A DNA stretch of 64,000 bases, from NCBI GenBank assembly GCA_963749495.1, contig CAVVMW010000015.1:64001-128000 (forward strand). The letters run 5' to 3'. This document shows positions 1 to 10,019 of this stretch, piece after piece. Within the stretch, counting starts at the first letter, position 1, and the number at the start of each line of letters is the position of its first letter. The stretch comes from an uncultured bacterium (lineage in GTDB: Bacteria; Verrucomicrobiota; Verrucomicrobiia; Limisphaerales; UBA8199). The notes beneath the pieces are model-generated. The model saw only the letters and a list, made by a program, of their open reading frames with translations. It was not told the origin of the DNA and did no database searches. Made by a program: the position numbers and the translations under genes.

Positions 1-896
1 AACTGGAAATTCTCCTCCAGCCGCTGATAATTCTGGCGGCGTTTGATCCGGTCGCCGACATCCGGGTTGAAGGTCTGGATGCCCACCTCGAACTGGAGCG
101 CGCCAGGCGGGAACCGCGTGATGACCTGGCGCAGGGCTTGCGGCAGCCGGTCGGGGACCATCTCGAAATGGAAGAACCGCCCCGGCTCGTGGCGTTGGAG
201 GAGGAACTCCAGGAGCCGGCGGGCGGCCGGGACGTTGAGATTGAAGGTGCGGTCCACGAACTTGAACTGGCGAACGCCGCGATCCAGCAGGCGCGCCAAG
301 TGCTCGAGCAGGACCGGCAGTGGCGCCTGCCGCACCGGGATGTCGAGCGAGGAGAGGCAAAACTCGCACGTGAACGGGCAGCCGCGCGAGGCCTCGACAT
401 AAATGATCCGGTGCGCCACGTCCCGGGCATCGTAATAATCATAGGGCAGCGCCAGCCGGGACAAATCGGGAGGCTCCGCCGCGATGACCTTGCCCGGCGG
501 ATGCTCTCCGGCGAGCAACTGCCCGCAGACCTCGGCGAACTTGAGGTCCGCCTCGCCGGTGATGACGTGGTCCGCCAAGCTCACGATGGCCTGGTCTTCC
601 ACCTCGTAGCTCACCTCAGGCCCGCCCAGGACCACGATGAGGTCCGGCCGCACCCGCTTGAGCGCGGCCACCAGCTCGGTGGCGGGCGCCACGTTCCAGA
701 TATAGACGCCCAGCCCCACAAGCCGGGGCTCCAGCGCCAGCAATTGCTCGGCAATGTCCACCGGCCGCTGGTTGATGTCGAACTCCGCAATCGCCGCCCT
801 CTCCCGCAACGGCCCGAGGTTGGCCAGCAGGTAGCGCAGCCCCAACGCCGCATGGATGTACTTCGCGTTGAGCGTGCTCAGGACAATGTCAGCCAT
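1..896 (-). CDS. B12-binding radical SAM protein (3' end runs off the window)
   Basis: Not in the ORF track. My translation reads MADIVLSTLNAKYIHAALGLRYL...VLGGPEVS...YVEASRGCPFTCEFCLSS...FKFVDRTFN, giving a cobalamin-binding domain plus CxxxCxxC. The ATG overlaps the upstream TGA (TGATG at 894-898). Confidence 0.9.
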   Translation of the reverse strand, partial: MADIVLSTLNAKYIHAALGLRYLLANLGPLRERAAIAEFDINQRPVDIAEQLLALEPRLVGLGVYIWNVAPATELVAALKRVRPDLIVVLGGPEVSYEVEDQAIVSLADHVITGEADLKFAEVCGQLLAGEHPPGKVIAAEPPDLSRLALPYDYYDARDVAHRIIYVEASRGCPFTCEFCLSSLDIPVRQAPLPVLLEHLARLLDRGVRQFKFVDRTFNLNVPAARRLLEFLLQRHEPGRFFHFEMVPDRLPQALRQVITRFPPGALQFEVGIQTFNPDVGDRIKRRQNYQRLEENFQ

Positions 897-2791
897 CAGA
901 GGGAGAGCAGGTATTGCACGAGATCCTCCACCTGGCTCGGGGTCAGGCGGGAGACGGTCCCGTGCTGGTCCTTGGGGTTGCGGGTGATGAGGACATCGCG
1001 CAGGGTGGCGGCGGAGCCGTCGTGCAGATAGGGGGCGGTGCGCCACAGTTCGCGGAGGGTGGGGGTGTCGAAGTCGCGGGCGTCCTTGTCGTAGGGATTG
1101 GTTGTGCCGACATCATAGGAGCGCAGGTCGGTGAAGAGGGGCGGTTCATGGCAATTGGCGCAGCCAACCTCGGGGCTTTCGAAGAGTTTTTGGCCGCGCT
1201 GGGCGGCGTCTAAGGGCCGGCCATTGACCAGGTAAGGGCTTGGGGCGGGCTGGAGAGACTTGAGCCATTCGTCCATGGCCCTGGGGACCTCCTCGGGCTG
1301 GACGCTGGCCAGCGAGTTGACGATGCCGTTGCGGACGGCCACACTGGCGTTGGCGCGGACGCCCAGGCTCATCGAAGGCGGGGTCCGGTGTGACCACACC
1401 AGGCTCTTGGTGTCCTTTGGGTTGCCGATGCCGTCGTTGACGAGGTCCCAATTGAGGGCGTCCACGCGCGCGTCCTCGTCGTGGCAACTGGCGCAGCTTT
1501 GCCACCCCTGGAAGCACAGGGTCGCGTCATTGAAATACATCTCGCCCCGGCGCAGGGTGCTGAGCCGGAGGCCGGGATTCAACGGCACGGCCTTGACGGC
1601 AGGCGCGCCGGTGGAAAGGTCCACCACATCGAGGGTGTCCGAGAAGTAGCCCGCAATCACGGCGCTCCGGCCTGCCAGGACCATTGCGCGCGGGCCGATG
1701 CCGTGGAGTTGGACGCGGCGGCGCAGGCCGTAGAGGAACGACAGGTCATTGGGCACCTCGGCAGCGCAGCGCGACGGGGCGGCGTCGCCGCTCCTGGGCG
1801 CAGCCGGGGGCGTGGCGGGCAACGCCTCGAGCTTGCGCTCGAGCGCGGGGAAATCGATCAGGCTCAGTTCATGAGTGCCGGCGTGGGTGACACAGAGCAG
1901 CCGGCCATCCGGCGACCAGGCCACCGCCCAGGGATTGGCCGCGCCATGGTCCACGTCGTCCAGCGGCACCGTGTTGAGCACTTCCATTCTGGCCAGATCC
2001 AGGAGCGTGAGCGCGCTGGTGTTGACCCAGCCGCGCGCAAGCTGGGTTAGCGGGAGTTGGAACCGGCCCACGGTTTGGGCCAGGGCGGCGTACTTGCCGT
2101 CCGGGCTGACGCGGATCTCGCGCAAGCCGATGCTGCCATTGGGCAGGCGCAACTCCTTGGCCACCTTGCGCTGCGCCACATCAATGACGCTCACCGTCGC
2201 CGCGACGTAGCTGACATCGTTGCGCCCCTTGGGCTGGTGATTGGCCACGAGCAGGAACCGGCCATCGCGCGTGAGCGCCGCCGACACCGGCTCGCGCGAC
2301 ACCGCTATCCGCGCCAGCTCTTTGTTCTCCTTGAGGTCGAACACGGAGACTGCGTCGTTGAACCGGTTGCAAACGAAGAGCACCCTGCCGTCGGCGCTCA
2401 GCACCGGGCTGAGGGCCGTGTGGCCGGCCGTCAACGTCGAGAGGACCTTGCCCGAGGGCAGTTCGACCTGGACGACGGGGCTTACGGGCGCGGCGCACGT
2501 GACGAAGAGCCGCGTCCCTTCGCCCGAGAGCGCCAGCCCCGACGGCGCCGCTGGCATTGCAAGCCGCCGCGCAATCACCCCTTGCGCCCGGTCGAAGACC
2601 AGGACCTGGTTGGCTGAGGCGCAGCCGATATACAGGGACCGGCCATCCGGCGATGCCGCCATGGCGCAGGGCGCAAGGTCTCCGGCAGAGGCACCGGAGG
2701 AATCGGCGGCCTGAGTGCAGCTCAACTGGCTGCCGAGCACGAACTGCACGGCGAGGAGCAAAGGGGGGCGGAAAACTCGAAATCCGGCCAT
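896..2791 (-). CDS. Secreted YVTN-type beta-propeller fused to a C-terminal di-haem cytochrome c (CcP/MauG-like) domain
   Basis: Signal-like N-terminus and repeated SPDG propeller blades. Haem motifs CASCH (1481-1495) and CANCH (1148-1162), and the CcP-type tail DTPTLRELWRTAPYLHDGS. Start uncertain (2791, 2809 or 2941). Confidence 0.85.
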   Translation of the reverse strand: MAGFRVFRPPLLLAVQFVLGSQLSCTQAADSSGASAGDLAPCAMAASPDGRSLYIGCASANQVLVFDRAQGVIARRLAMPAAPSGLALSGEGTRLFVTCAAPVSPVVQVELPSGKVLSTLTAGHTALSPVLSADGRVLFVCNRFNDAVSVFDLKENKELARIAVSREPVSAALTRDGRFLLVANHQPKGRNDVSYVAATVSVIDVAQRKVAKELRLPNGSIGLREIRVSPDGKYAALAQTVGRFQLPLTQLARGWVNTSALTLLDLARMEVLNTVPLDDVDHGAANPWAVAWSPDGRLLCVTHAGTHELSLIDFPALERKLEALPATPPAAPRSGDAAPSRCAAEVPNDLSFLYGLRRRVQLHGIGPRAMVLAGRSAVIAGYFSDTLDVVDLSTGAPAVKAVPLNPGLRLSTLRRGEMYFNDATLCFQGWQSCASCHDEDARVDALNWDLVNDGIGNPKDTKSLVWSHRTPPSMSLGVRANASVAVRNGIVNSLASVQPEEVPRAMDEWLKSLQPAPSPYLVNGRPLDAAQRGQKLFESPEVGCANCHEPPLFTDLRSYDVGTTNPYDKDARDFDTPTLRELWRTAPYLHDGSAATLRDVLITRNPKDQHGTVSRLTPSQVEDLVQYLLSL

Positions 2792-3050
2792 CAGGCTGGT
2801 TTTGAGCATTGCCACTTTGAATCCGAGATTTGAGATTCCAGATCTCGAATTCCCCGCAGCTTGCGAGCGCGATAGCCGGCAGCAGCCGGGACGATTTCCA
2901 TTCATGATGCTCCGAGCGACAACCACGCCAAATCCGACCACCGCGCATCAATGGTGTCAAGGAAAGTGTGTGGCAAGGCCGGGGCGTGGAATGTGAGCAG
3001 CAAAATTATGCGGGCCAGAGCAGGCCGACGTGTCTTCGCGGCCAGGGATT

Positions 3051-3142
3051 CATCCCGGAGGGATGAAAGAAGGTAGCCGGGGGTCGAAGCATAGCGAGAC
3101 CCCCGGTCCACTGACGGCCTTGGACCGGCATCCCTCCGGATT
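3051..3142. repeat. REP-like palindrome cluster
   Basis: Hairpins CATCCCGGAGGGATG and CCGGGGGTC-N12-GACCCCCGG, the second preceded by GTAG. Confidence 0.65.
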
Positions 3143-3223
3143 GGCGGGTGTCTGGGCGCATCTCATCTTTGTCGAGCCCGGCCGAAGCCAGCGATGGGCG
3201 CGCGCGTCCGAACTCGCGAAGCG

Positions 3224-3301
3224 TTTTGGACTGCGGCAGTCCTCTGCCGCTTTTCGGACCCTGGGGACGCGAAAGCGCCAGAGGACTGGCGCAGTCCAAA
3301 A
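3224..3301. repeat. Palindromic element family A (TTTTGGACTGCG...CGCAGTCCAAAA)
   Basis: Two inverted hairpin arms. Homologous copies at 13094, 19802, 45413 (collapsed) and 52905. Confidence 0.9.
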
Positions 3302-3450
3302 CCTTGCGGGCTTCCCGAGGCCGCGCTCCAATTGCCCGGCTTGCCGAGGGCCGACAAAGGGCAGGTGCGCCCCGCGAGAGAGGCGCTGCCAAAAAACTCT
3401 CGATCATTGTCCTGGCCGCAGGCAAGGTCGGAGCCGGTCTGGATTGCGGC

Positions 3451-6132
3451 ATGAAAGCGAAGATGCAGATCAGCATAGCAGCGGCGCTGCTGCTCGGGGC
3501 CTCCGCCGACGCGGCCGAGCTCTACGTCAGACAACCCGCCTGGGAGCAGACGATGTGCTCGTCGCGAGGGGCCATTGCCGCGGCATCGCTCCCCGCCGGC
3601 GAGCAGGCGAAGGCTGCGGCGGAGATTTGGTTTCGGGTCAAGGACGATTTTCCAATCCAATGGGACTGGGCGGAGCAGGACGGGGGCGAGGGCTTTGCGG
3701 GTTGGTTTTGCTCGAGTCAAAACACGGTCCTGGAAAGGCAAATGATTAAAAAGGTCCTGGGTGAGTTGGGCGAGCCGGGGCGGGCGCTGGGCCAGGAGCT
3801 GGAGGTCCTGATGCAGACCAAAGCGCCGGCCACAGGCCCGCGCTGGCTGGACCTCTATGCGAGGGCCTGCGAGCAGCGGCGCCGGCAGCGGCTCCACACC
3901 CTCCAGGCCAGGGCTCCCCGCATCGTCTTCGTCAAACATCGGACCATCCGCCCCTCGTTCTTCGCCTACACGGAAGGACAGTCCGACGCCCAGAACGAGC
4001 GCCATTTTCTCCCAGGGGCCGAGCTGTGCCTGCTGGACTTGGATGGGCTCAAGGTGCGCACGCTCCTGGGCGATCCGGGCGGGGCAATCCGCGACCCGGC
4101 CGTCTCGTGGGACGGCCGCCGCGTGCTCTTTGCATGGAAGAAATCGCTCGGCGAAGACGACTACCATCTTTACGAACTGGACACGGCCTCCGGCTCCAAC
4201 GAGGTCCGGCAGATTACCTCGGGCCTGGGCTTTGCCGATTACGAGCCTGCCTACCTGGCCAATGACGACATCATCTTCGCCTCGACACGTTGCGTGCAGA
4301 CAGTGGATTGCTGGTGGACCGAGGTCAGCAGCCTCTACACCTGCGATTCCCAGGGACGATTCCTGCGCCGCCTGGGTTTCGACCAGGTCCACACGCTCTA
4401 CCCCCAGCTCCTGGACGATGGGCGGGTGATCTACACGCGCTGGGACTACAACGACCGGGGCCAGGTCTTTCCGCAGGGCCTGTTCCAGATGTACCCCGAC
4501 GGCACGGGCCAGACCGAGTTTTACGGCAACAATAGCTGGTTTCCCACCACCATCGCCCATGCGCGCGGCATCCCGGGCACGCAGCGTGTCCTGGCCATTC
4601 TCTGCGGGCATCACACGGCCCAGGCGGGCAAACTCGCCGTGATCGACCCTGCCCGCGGCCGGCAGGAAAACAGCGGCGTCCAATTGGTCGCGCCGGTTCG
4701 CGACACCCCGGCCGAGCGGATCGATGCCTACGGCCAGGAGGGCGAGTTGTGGCAGTATCCCTATCCTTTGGACGCGGAGCAGTGTCTGGCGGCCTACGCG
4801 CCTCTGGGCTGGGACCGCCCGCCGCAGCGCCGCGGCGATGCCGCCTTTTGCGTTTACTGGATGGACCTGGCGGGCCGGCGGGAGTTGCTGGTTTCGGACC
4901 CGCGCCTGCCCTGCACGCAGCCGGTGCCCCTTGCCGCCCGCCCGCGCGCGCTGGCCTGGGCCAACCGCGTGGATTACACGCGCGCCAACGGCACCTACTA
5001 TGTGCAGGACATCTACGCCGGGCCCGGCCTGGCCGGCATCCCGCGCGGGACGATCAAGAAACTGCGCGTGGTCGCCCTCGAATACCGCGCGGCCGGCATC
5101 GGCAACAACGGCAACGCCGGTCCCGGCGGCGGCGCCCTGGTCTGCACTCCCATCTCGATCGGCAACGGTTCCTGGGATGTCAAGACCGTCCTCGGCCAGG
5201 TCACCGTCCATGAAGACGGCTCAGCCCTGTTCACCGTGCCGGCCCGCACACCTGTCTATTTCCAGGCCCTCGACCAACGCGGCTGCGCCCTCCAGACCAT
5301 GCGCAGTTGGAGCACGCTCCAGCCCGGCGAATACTTCGGCTGCGTCGGCTGCCACGAGCACAAGAACACCGCCCCGCCCACCGAAGGCTACGGCTTCAGC
5401 CTCGCCATGAAGGCCGGTCCCCAGGAAATCGAGCCGTTTTACGGCCCGCCGCGCGGTTTCAGTTTCCCGGCGGAGATTCAGCCCATCCTCGACCGCCACT
5501 GCACCCGGTGCCATCGCGACCGCGAGCCCGTCCAGGCCCTGGCGGCCGGCATCGCCTCGCGCCCATTGCTCGAACGCGCCCCCTCGGAACGCGCCTCCGC
5601 CCCGGCCCCGGCCGCCCCGACCCAGGACGAACTTGCCTTCAGCCTCCTGGGCGAGGTGACCGTGGACCAGACCGCAAAACGCAAGTGGAGCGACTCCTAT
5701 CTCCTGCTCACCCAATGCACCCGCGACGCGGCGGCCGAGTCCCTGGGGGCCTTCGTGGGGAATTGCCAGGGACGGGTCGTCAACTGGCTCGGCGCCCAGT
5801 CCCCGCCCGAGCCGGTGCCGCCCGGTTCTGCCGGCGCGGCCCGGAGCCAGTTGCTCACTCTGCTGGAGAAAGGCCATAAGGGCGTCAAGCTCTCCCGCGA
5901 GGAACTCGAGAAGCTCGCCTGCTGGATCGATCTCTATGTGCCCTACTGCGGCAGTTACATCGAGGCCAATGCCTGGACCGAGCCGGAGATGAGGCGCTAC
6001 GAGCACTTCGCCGAGAAACGCCGCCAGATGGAGGAGATCGAGCAGGACAACCTCCGCGCCCTCCTGGGGCGCAACGCCCCCTCGGCACGCGGCCCGCGCC
6101 TGCCCGGGCCGATGCGGATGAATATGAGGTGA
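3451..6132 (+). CDS. Secreted hydrazine synthase alpha-subunit-like protein (TolB-like propeller, HZS-alpha middle domain, two haem c motifs)
   Basis: Signal peptide MKAKMQISIAAALLLGASADA and propeller repeats (DPAVSWDGRRVLFAW, YTRWDY). Middle-domain signature DGSALFTVPARTPVYFQALD...MRSWSTLQPGE-CVGCHE, then IQPILDRHCTRCH and WIDL. The ORF is open upstream to 3148 through repeats. Confidence 0.85.
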   Translation: MKAKMQISIAAALLLGASADAAELYVRQPAWEQTMCSSRGAIAAASLPAGEQAKAAAEIWFRVKDDFPIQWDWAEQDGGEGFAGWFCSSQNTVLERQMIKKVLGELGEPGRALGQELEVLMQTKAPATGPRWLDLYARACEQRRRQRLHTLQARAPRIVFVKHRTIRPSFFAYTEGQSDAQNERHFLPGAELCLLDLDGLKVRTLLGDPGGAIRDPAVSWDGRRVLFAWKKSLGEDDYHLYELDTASGSNEVRQITSGLGFADYEPAYLANDDIIFASTRCVQTVDCWWTEVSSLYTCDSQGRFLRRLGFDQVHTLYPQLLDDGRVIYTRWDYNDRGQVFPQGLFQMYPDGTGQTEFYGNNSWFPTTIAHARGIPGTQRVLAILCGHHTAQAGKLAVIDPARGRQENSGVQLVAPVRDTPAERIDAYGQEGELWQYPYPLDAEQCLAAYAPLGWDRPPQRRGDAAFCVYWMDLAGRRELLVSDPRLPCTQPVPLAARPRALAWANRVDYTRANGTYYVQDIYAGPGLAGIPRGTIKKLRVVALEYRAAGIGNNGNAGPGGGALVCTPISIGNGSWDVKTVLGQVTVHEDGSALFTVPARTPVYFQALDQRGCALQTMRSWSTLQPGEYFGCVGCHEHKNTAPPTEGYGFSLAMKAGPQEIEPFYGPPRGFSFPAEIQPILDRHCTRCHRDREPVQALAAGIASRPLLERAPSERASAPAPAAPTQDELAFSLLGEVTVDQTAKRKWSDSYLLLTQCTRDAAAESLGAFVGNCQGRVVNWLGAQSPPEPVPPGSAGAARSQLLTLLEKGHKGVKLSREELEKLACWIDLYVPYCGSYIEANAWTEPEMRRYEHFAEKRRQMEEIEQDNLRALLGRNAPSARGPRLPGPMRMNMR

Positions 6133-6206
6133 GGGGTTGGCCTGAGCCCGAACGCGCGAAAGCGAAAGGGCTTGCACGGCATGGGCGCTCTAGTAATTTG
6201 CTACTC

Positions 6207-6437
6207 ATGACAGTCGTCCACATGAGCGAGAAAGGCCAGATCGTCGTCCCCAAGGAGATCAGGGATCGGCGCGGTTACGTGAACGGCAGCGCCTTCGTGG
6301 TCCAGGAAACCAAGGACGGCTCGCTCTATCTGCGTCCGGCCAACCCGAGGCCCAAGCTGGACCTCATCGAGCACCTCAAACGACTGAGGGGCCTTGAGAT
6401 CCCGGAGATCCACGCGCACTGCCCGCCGCGCGTATGA
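6207..6437 (+). CDS. vapB: AbrB/MazE/SpoVT-type antitoxin
   Basis: MSEKGQIVVPKEIR motif; ATGA overlap with the PIN toxin gene. Confidence 0.85.
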   Translation: MTVVHMSEKGQIVVPKEIRDRRGYVNGSAFVVQETKDGSLYLRPANPRPKLDLIEHLKRLRGLEIPEIHAHCPPRV

Positions 6438-6862
6438 TCTGGCTTTTGGATACGAACATCGTCGCCGAGGCAACCAAAGCGGCCTCAGACCCCAACTGCC
6501 TGGCCTGGCTGGACGCCAGGCTCGGCCAATGCGCCCTGTCCTCGATCACGATCGCGGAAATGCGTTGGGGTATCGAGCGACTTGCCGACGGAAAGAGGAA
6601 AACCGAGTTGCAGCGCCAGTTCGACTTTCTCACCGAAGATTACCGTGGCAGGTTCTACGAGTTTGACGGGGCGGCCGCTTTCGAATGGGGCCGGTACGCC
6701 GCTGAACTGGAGGCAATGTACGGTTTGGAGTGGTGGAAGCAGTTCGATTTCCGCGACACGCAGATAGCGGCCATTGCTCGGGAATATGGTTTGACCATCG
6801 CAACAAGAAACGTCCGCCATTTCCCCTTCTGCACGATCGAGAATCCTTTCGAATCACAATAG
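6434..6862 (+). CDS. vapC: PIN-domain toxin
   Basis: LLDTNIV...E...D.QIAAIA...TIATRNVRHF motifs. Confidence 0.92.
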   Translation: MIWLLDTNIVAEATKAASDPNCLAWLDARLGQCALSSITIAEMRWGIERLADGKRKTELQRQFDFLTEDYRGRFYEFDGAAAFEWGRYAAELEAMYGLEWWKQFDFRDTQIAAIAREYGLTIATRNVRHFPFCTIENPFESQ

Positions 6863-7018
6863 CCGCACCCGCGTGGGACTGGGGAAATGCGGCCCCCCGT
6901 ATTCGGCGCATATTCGGCCCCTATTCCTTTTGACATCCTCCTCCCCTTGGGCCATTGTCCGGGAGTTTTTGTGGAGTTTACAACACAGAAACACTGAGTT
7001 TAATTAGTAGCAGGACGA

Positions 7019-9833
7019 ATGGGTAAGGCATTGATTATTGCGGAGAAACCGTCCGTGGCGGGCGATATCGCCCGCGCCCTGGGAGGTTTCAGGCGAAACG
7101 GCGACTTTTTCGAAAGCGACCGGCATGTCCTGTCGTCGGCTGTCGGGCACCTGCTCGAGTTGTGCGTGCCGGAGCAATACGAGGTCAAGCGCGGCAAGTG
7201 GACCTTCGCCCATTTGCCGGTCATTCCCCCGCACTTCGACCTGCAGCCCCTGGAGAGGACCGAGTCGCGCCTCAATCTGTTGCTCAAGCTCATCGGGCGC
7301 AAGGACGTTGAGCTCCTGATTAACGCGTGCGATGCGGGGCGGGAGGGCGAGTTGATCTTCCGCAACATCGTCCAGCACGCCAAGGCCAACAAGCCGATCC
7401 AGCGCCTGTGGCTCCAGTTCGATGACCCAGTCGGCCATCCGCGAGGGCTTTGCCCACCTGCGCGACGATGCCTCGATGCGTCCGCTGGCCGATGCGGCGG
7501 TGTGCCGCTCCGAGTCCGATTGGCTGGTGGGCATCAACGGCACGCGCGCCATGACCGCCTTCAACTCGAAGACCGGCGGGTTCCATCTCACCACGGTCGG
7601 GCGGGTGCAAACCCCCACACTGGCCATCCTGGTGGAACGGGAGGAGCGCATCAAGAACTTCGTGGCCCGGGATTACTGGGAGGTCCACGGCACTTTCGGC
7701 GCCCGGGCAGGCCAATACACCGGCCGATGGTTCGACGAGAAATTCACCCGCAAAGACGGCGACACCGACCTGAAGCCGGAGCGTCTCTGGGACCTCAGGC
7801 AGGCGGAGGCCATCCGCGCCAAGTGCCTGGGCAAACCGGGGATCGTCACCGAAGAGAGCAAGCCGACAACGCAGCTTTCGCCGTTGCTCTACGATTTGAC
7901 CAGCCTCCAGCGCGAGGCCAACAGCCGCTTCGGGTTTTCCGCCAAGACCACCCTGTCGCTGGCGCAGGCCCTGTATGAGAGGCACAAGGTGCTCACGTAT
8001 CCGCGCACCGATGCGCGCGCCCTCCCAGAGGATTACCTGGGCACGGTCAAGGACACGCTTGGCATGCTGGGCCAGACCCAATACGCCCCGTTCGCAGGCC
8101 AGGTCCTGCAGAACGGCTGGGTCAAGCCCAACAAGCGGATCTTCAACAATGCGAAGATCTCCGATCACTTCGCCATCATCCCGACGACCCAGGCGCCGCG
8201 CAATCTGGGCGAGGCGGAGGCCAAGCTCTATGACATGGTCGCGCGGCGGTTCCTGGCCATCTTCTTCCCGGCCGCCGAGTTTCTGGAGACCACCCGCATC
8301 ACGCGCGTCGAGGCCGAGCCCTTCAAGAGCGTCGGCAAGGTCCTGGTCAGCGCCGGCTGGCTGGCGGTCTATGGCCGCGAGGCGCAGACTGACGACACAC
8401 CGAACCTGACGCCGGTGCAGCGCAACGAGACGGTCAAGACGGCCAAGGTCGAGGTCATGGCCTGCCAGACAAAGCCCCCGCCGCGCTTCACCGAGGCCAC
8501 GCTGCTCACCGCTATGGAAGGCGCCGGCAAGTTGGTGGATGACGAGGAACTGCGCGAGGCCATGGAAGAAAAGGGCCTGGGCACGCCGGCCACGCGCGCC
8601 CAGATCATCGAGGGCCTGATCTACGAGAAATACGTGTTGCGGCAGGGACGCGATCTGGAGCCGACCGCCAAGGCCTTTTCCCTCATGGCCCTGTTGCGCG
8701 GCCTGGGCATCCCCGAGCTCTCTTCGCCCGAGTTGACCGGCGACTGGGAGTTCAAGCTCCGCCGCATGGAGCGCGGCCAGATGAGACGCGCCGAGTTCAT
8801 GAAGGAAATCGGCCAGGTCGCCCGCGCTATCGTCGAAAAAGCCCGGCGCCACGAGAGCGACACCGTGCCGGGCGACTTCGGCACGCTCAAGGCCCCGTGC
8901 CCCAAGTGCGGCGGCGAGATTCACGAAAACTACAAGAAGTTCCAGTGCCAGAAATGCGAATTCGGTCTCTGGAAGATCGTCGCCGGGCGCCAGCTCGAAA
9001 TCCCGGAAGTCGAACAACTCATCGCTCAGGGCCAGGTCGGCCCGCTCCAGGGCTTCCGCAGCAAGCTGGGCCGGCCCTTTGCCGCCGTCATCAGGCTGAC
9101 CGCCGAATTCAAACCCGAATTCGATTTCGGCCCCGAAAAGGCCCAGGACAACGGGGCCGGCGCCGAGATTGATTTTTCCGGCCAGGAGCCCGTGGGCAAG
9201 TGCCCCAAGTGCGGCAAGCGCGTCTTCGAGCTGCCCATGCAATACGTGTGCGAGCGCAGCGTCGGCCCCGCCCGCTCGTGCGGCTTCCGCGCCGGCAAGG
9301 TCATCCTCCAGCAACCCCTGGAGCGGCCCCAGGCCCAGAAGCTCCTTCAAACCGGCAAGACCGATCTGCTCGAAAGGTTCATCTCCCGGAAGGGCCGCCC
9401 CTTCAAGGCCTTCCTCGTGCTCAAGGACGGCGAGGTCGGCTTCGAGTTCGAACCCCGCGCCGCCCGGTCCAAGGCCGCAGCCTCGAAGGCCGCCACGGGC
9501 CAGCCCGGGACTCCGCCGCCCACGCTCGATTTCACCGGCCAGGAGCCGCTCGGCGTTTGTCCCAAGTGCCGCGGGCGGGTCTTCGAGGCCCAGGCGGCCT
9601 ATCTCTGCGAGAAATCGCAGGCCGCCAAGCGCCCCTGCAAATTCAAAATTAACAAGGTCATCCTCCAGCAAGCCATCAACCGCGCCCAGGCCGCCCGGCT
9701 CCTGGCCGAACAACGAACCGACCTGCTCTCAAAGTTCATCTCCAAGACCGGCCGGCCCTTCTCCGCCTACCTCGTCATGGACGACGAGGGCAACGTCACC
9801 TTCGATTTCCCCCCGCGTGAAGAAAAAGGCTAA
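7019..9833 (+). CDS. topB: DNA topoisomerase III with C-terminal repeats (+1 frameshift near 7418)
   Basis: IAEKPSVA, DAGREGE, GRVQTPTL, TYPRTD and GLGTPATRA motifs, plus three CPKC...F.SK.GRPF repeats. WLQSMT is restored by removing one T at about 7418. Confidence 0.92.
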
Positions 9834-10015
9834 AGGCGAGAAGAAAAGGCTAAAGGCTAAAGGCTAAAGGCTAAAGTGTCGGCGCCCCGTACGGTCTCCC
9901 GTAGCGCAACCTCTGCGCATTCCTGACTCTGCGTCGCCCCTCCCTGTTCTCCGCACTTTAGCCTTTAGCCTTTAGCCTTTAGCCTTTTTCTTCGCGCCTT
10001 TAGCCTTTAGCCTTT
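9825..10015. repeat. Heptamer tandem arrays (AAAGGCT)n ... (AGCCTTT)n in inverted arrangement
   Basis: Direct array at about 9825-9875 and its reverse complement at about 9956-10015. Confidence 0.9.
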
Positions 10016-10019
10016 CCGG

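Noticed and set aside
896..6132. Calling the organism anammox or the genes true hzsABC
   Set aside because: Only the domain architecture matches. The genes are divergent, no other anammox genes are present, and the context is a GC-rich sugar degrader.
7400..7430. Programmed ribosomal frameshifting in topB and other genes
   Set aside because: No slippery heptamers, and shifts are scattered over unrelated genes.
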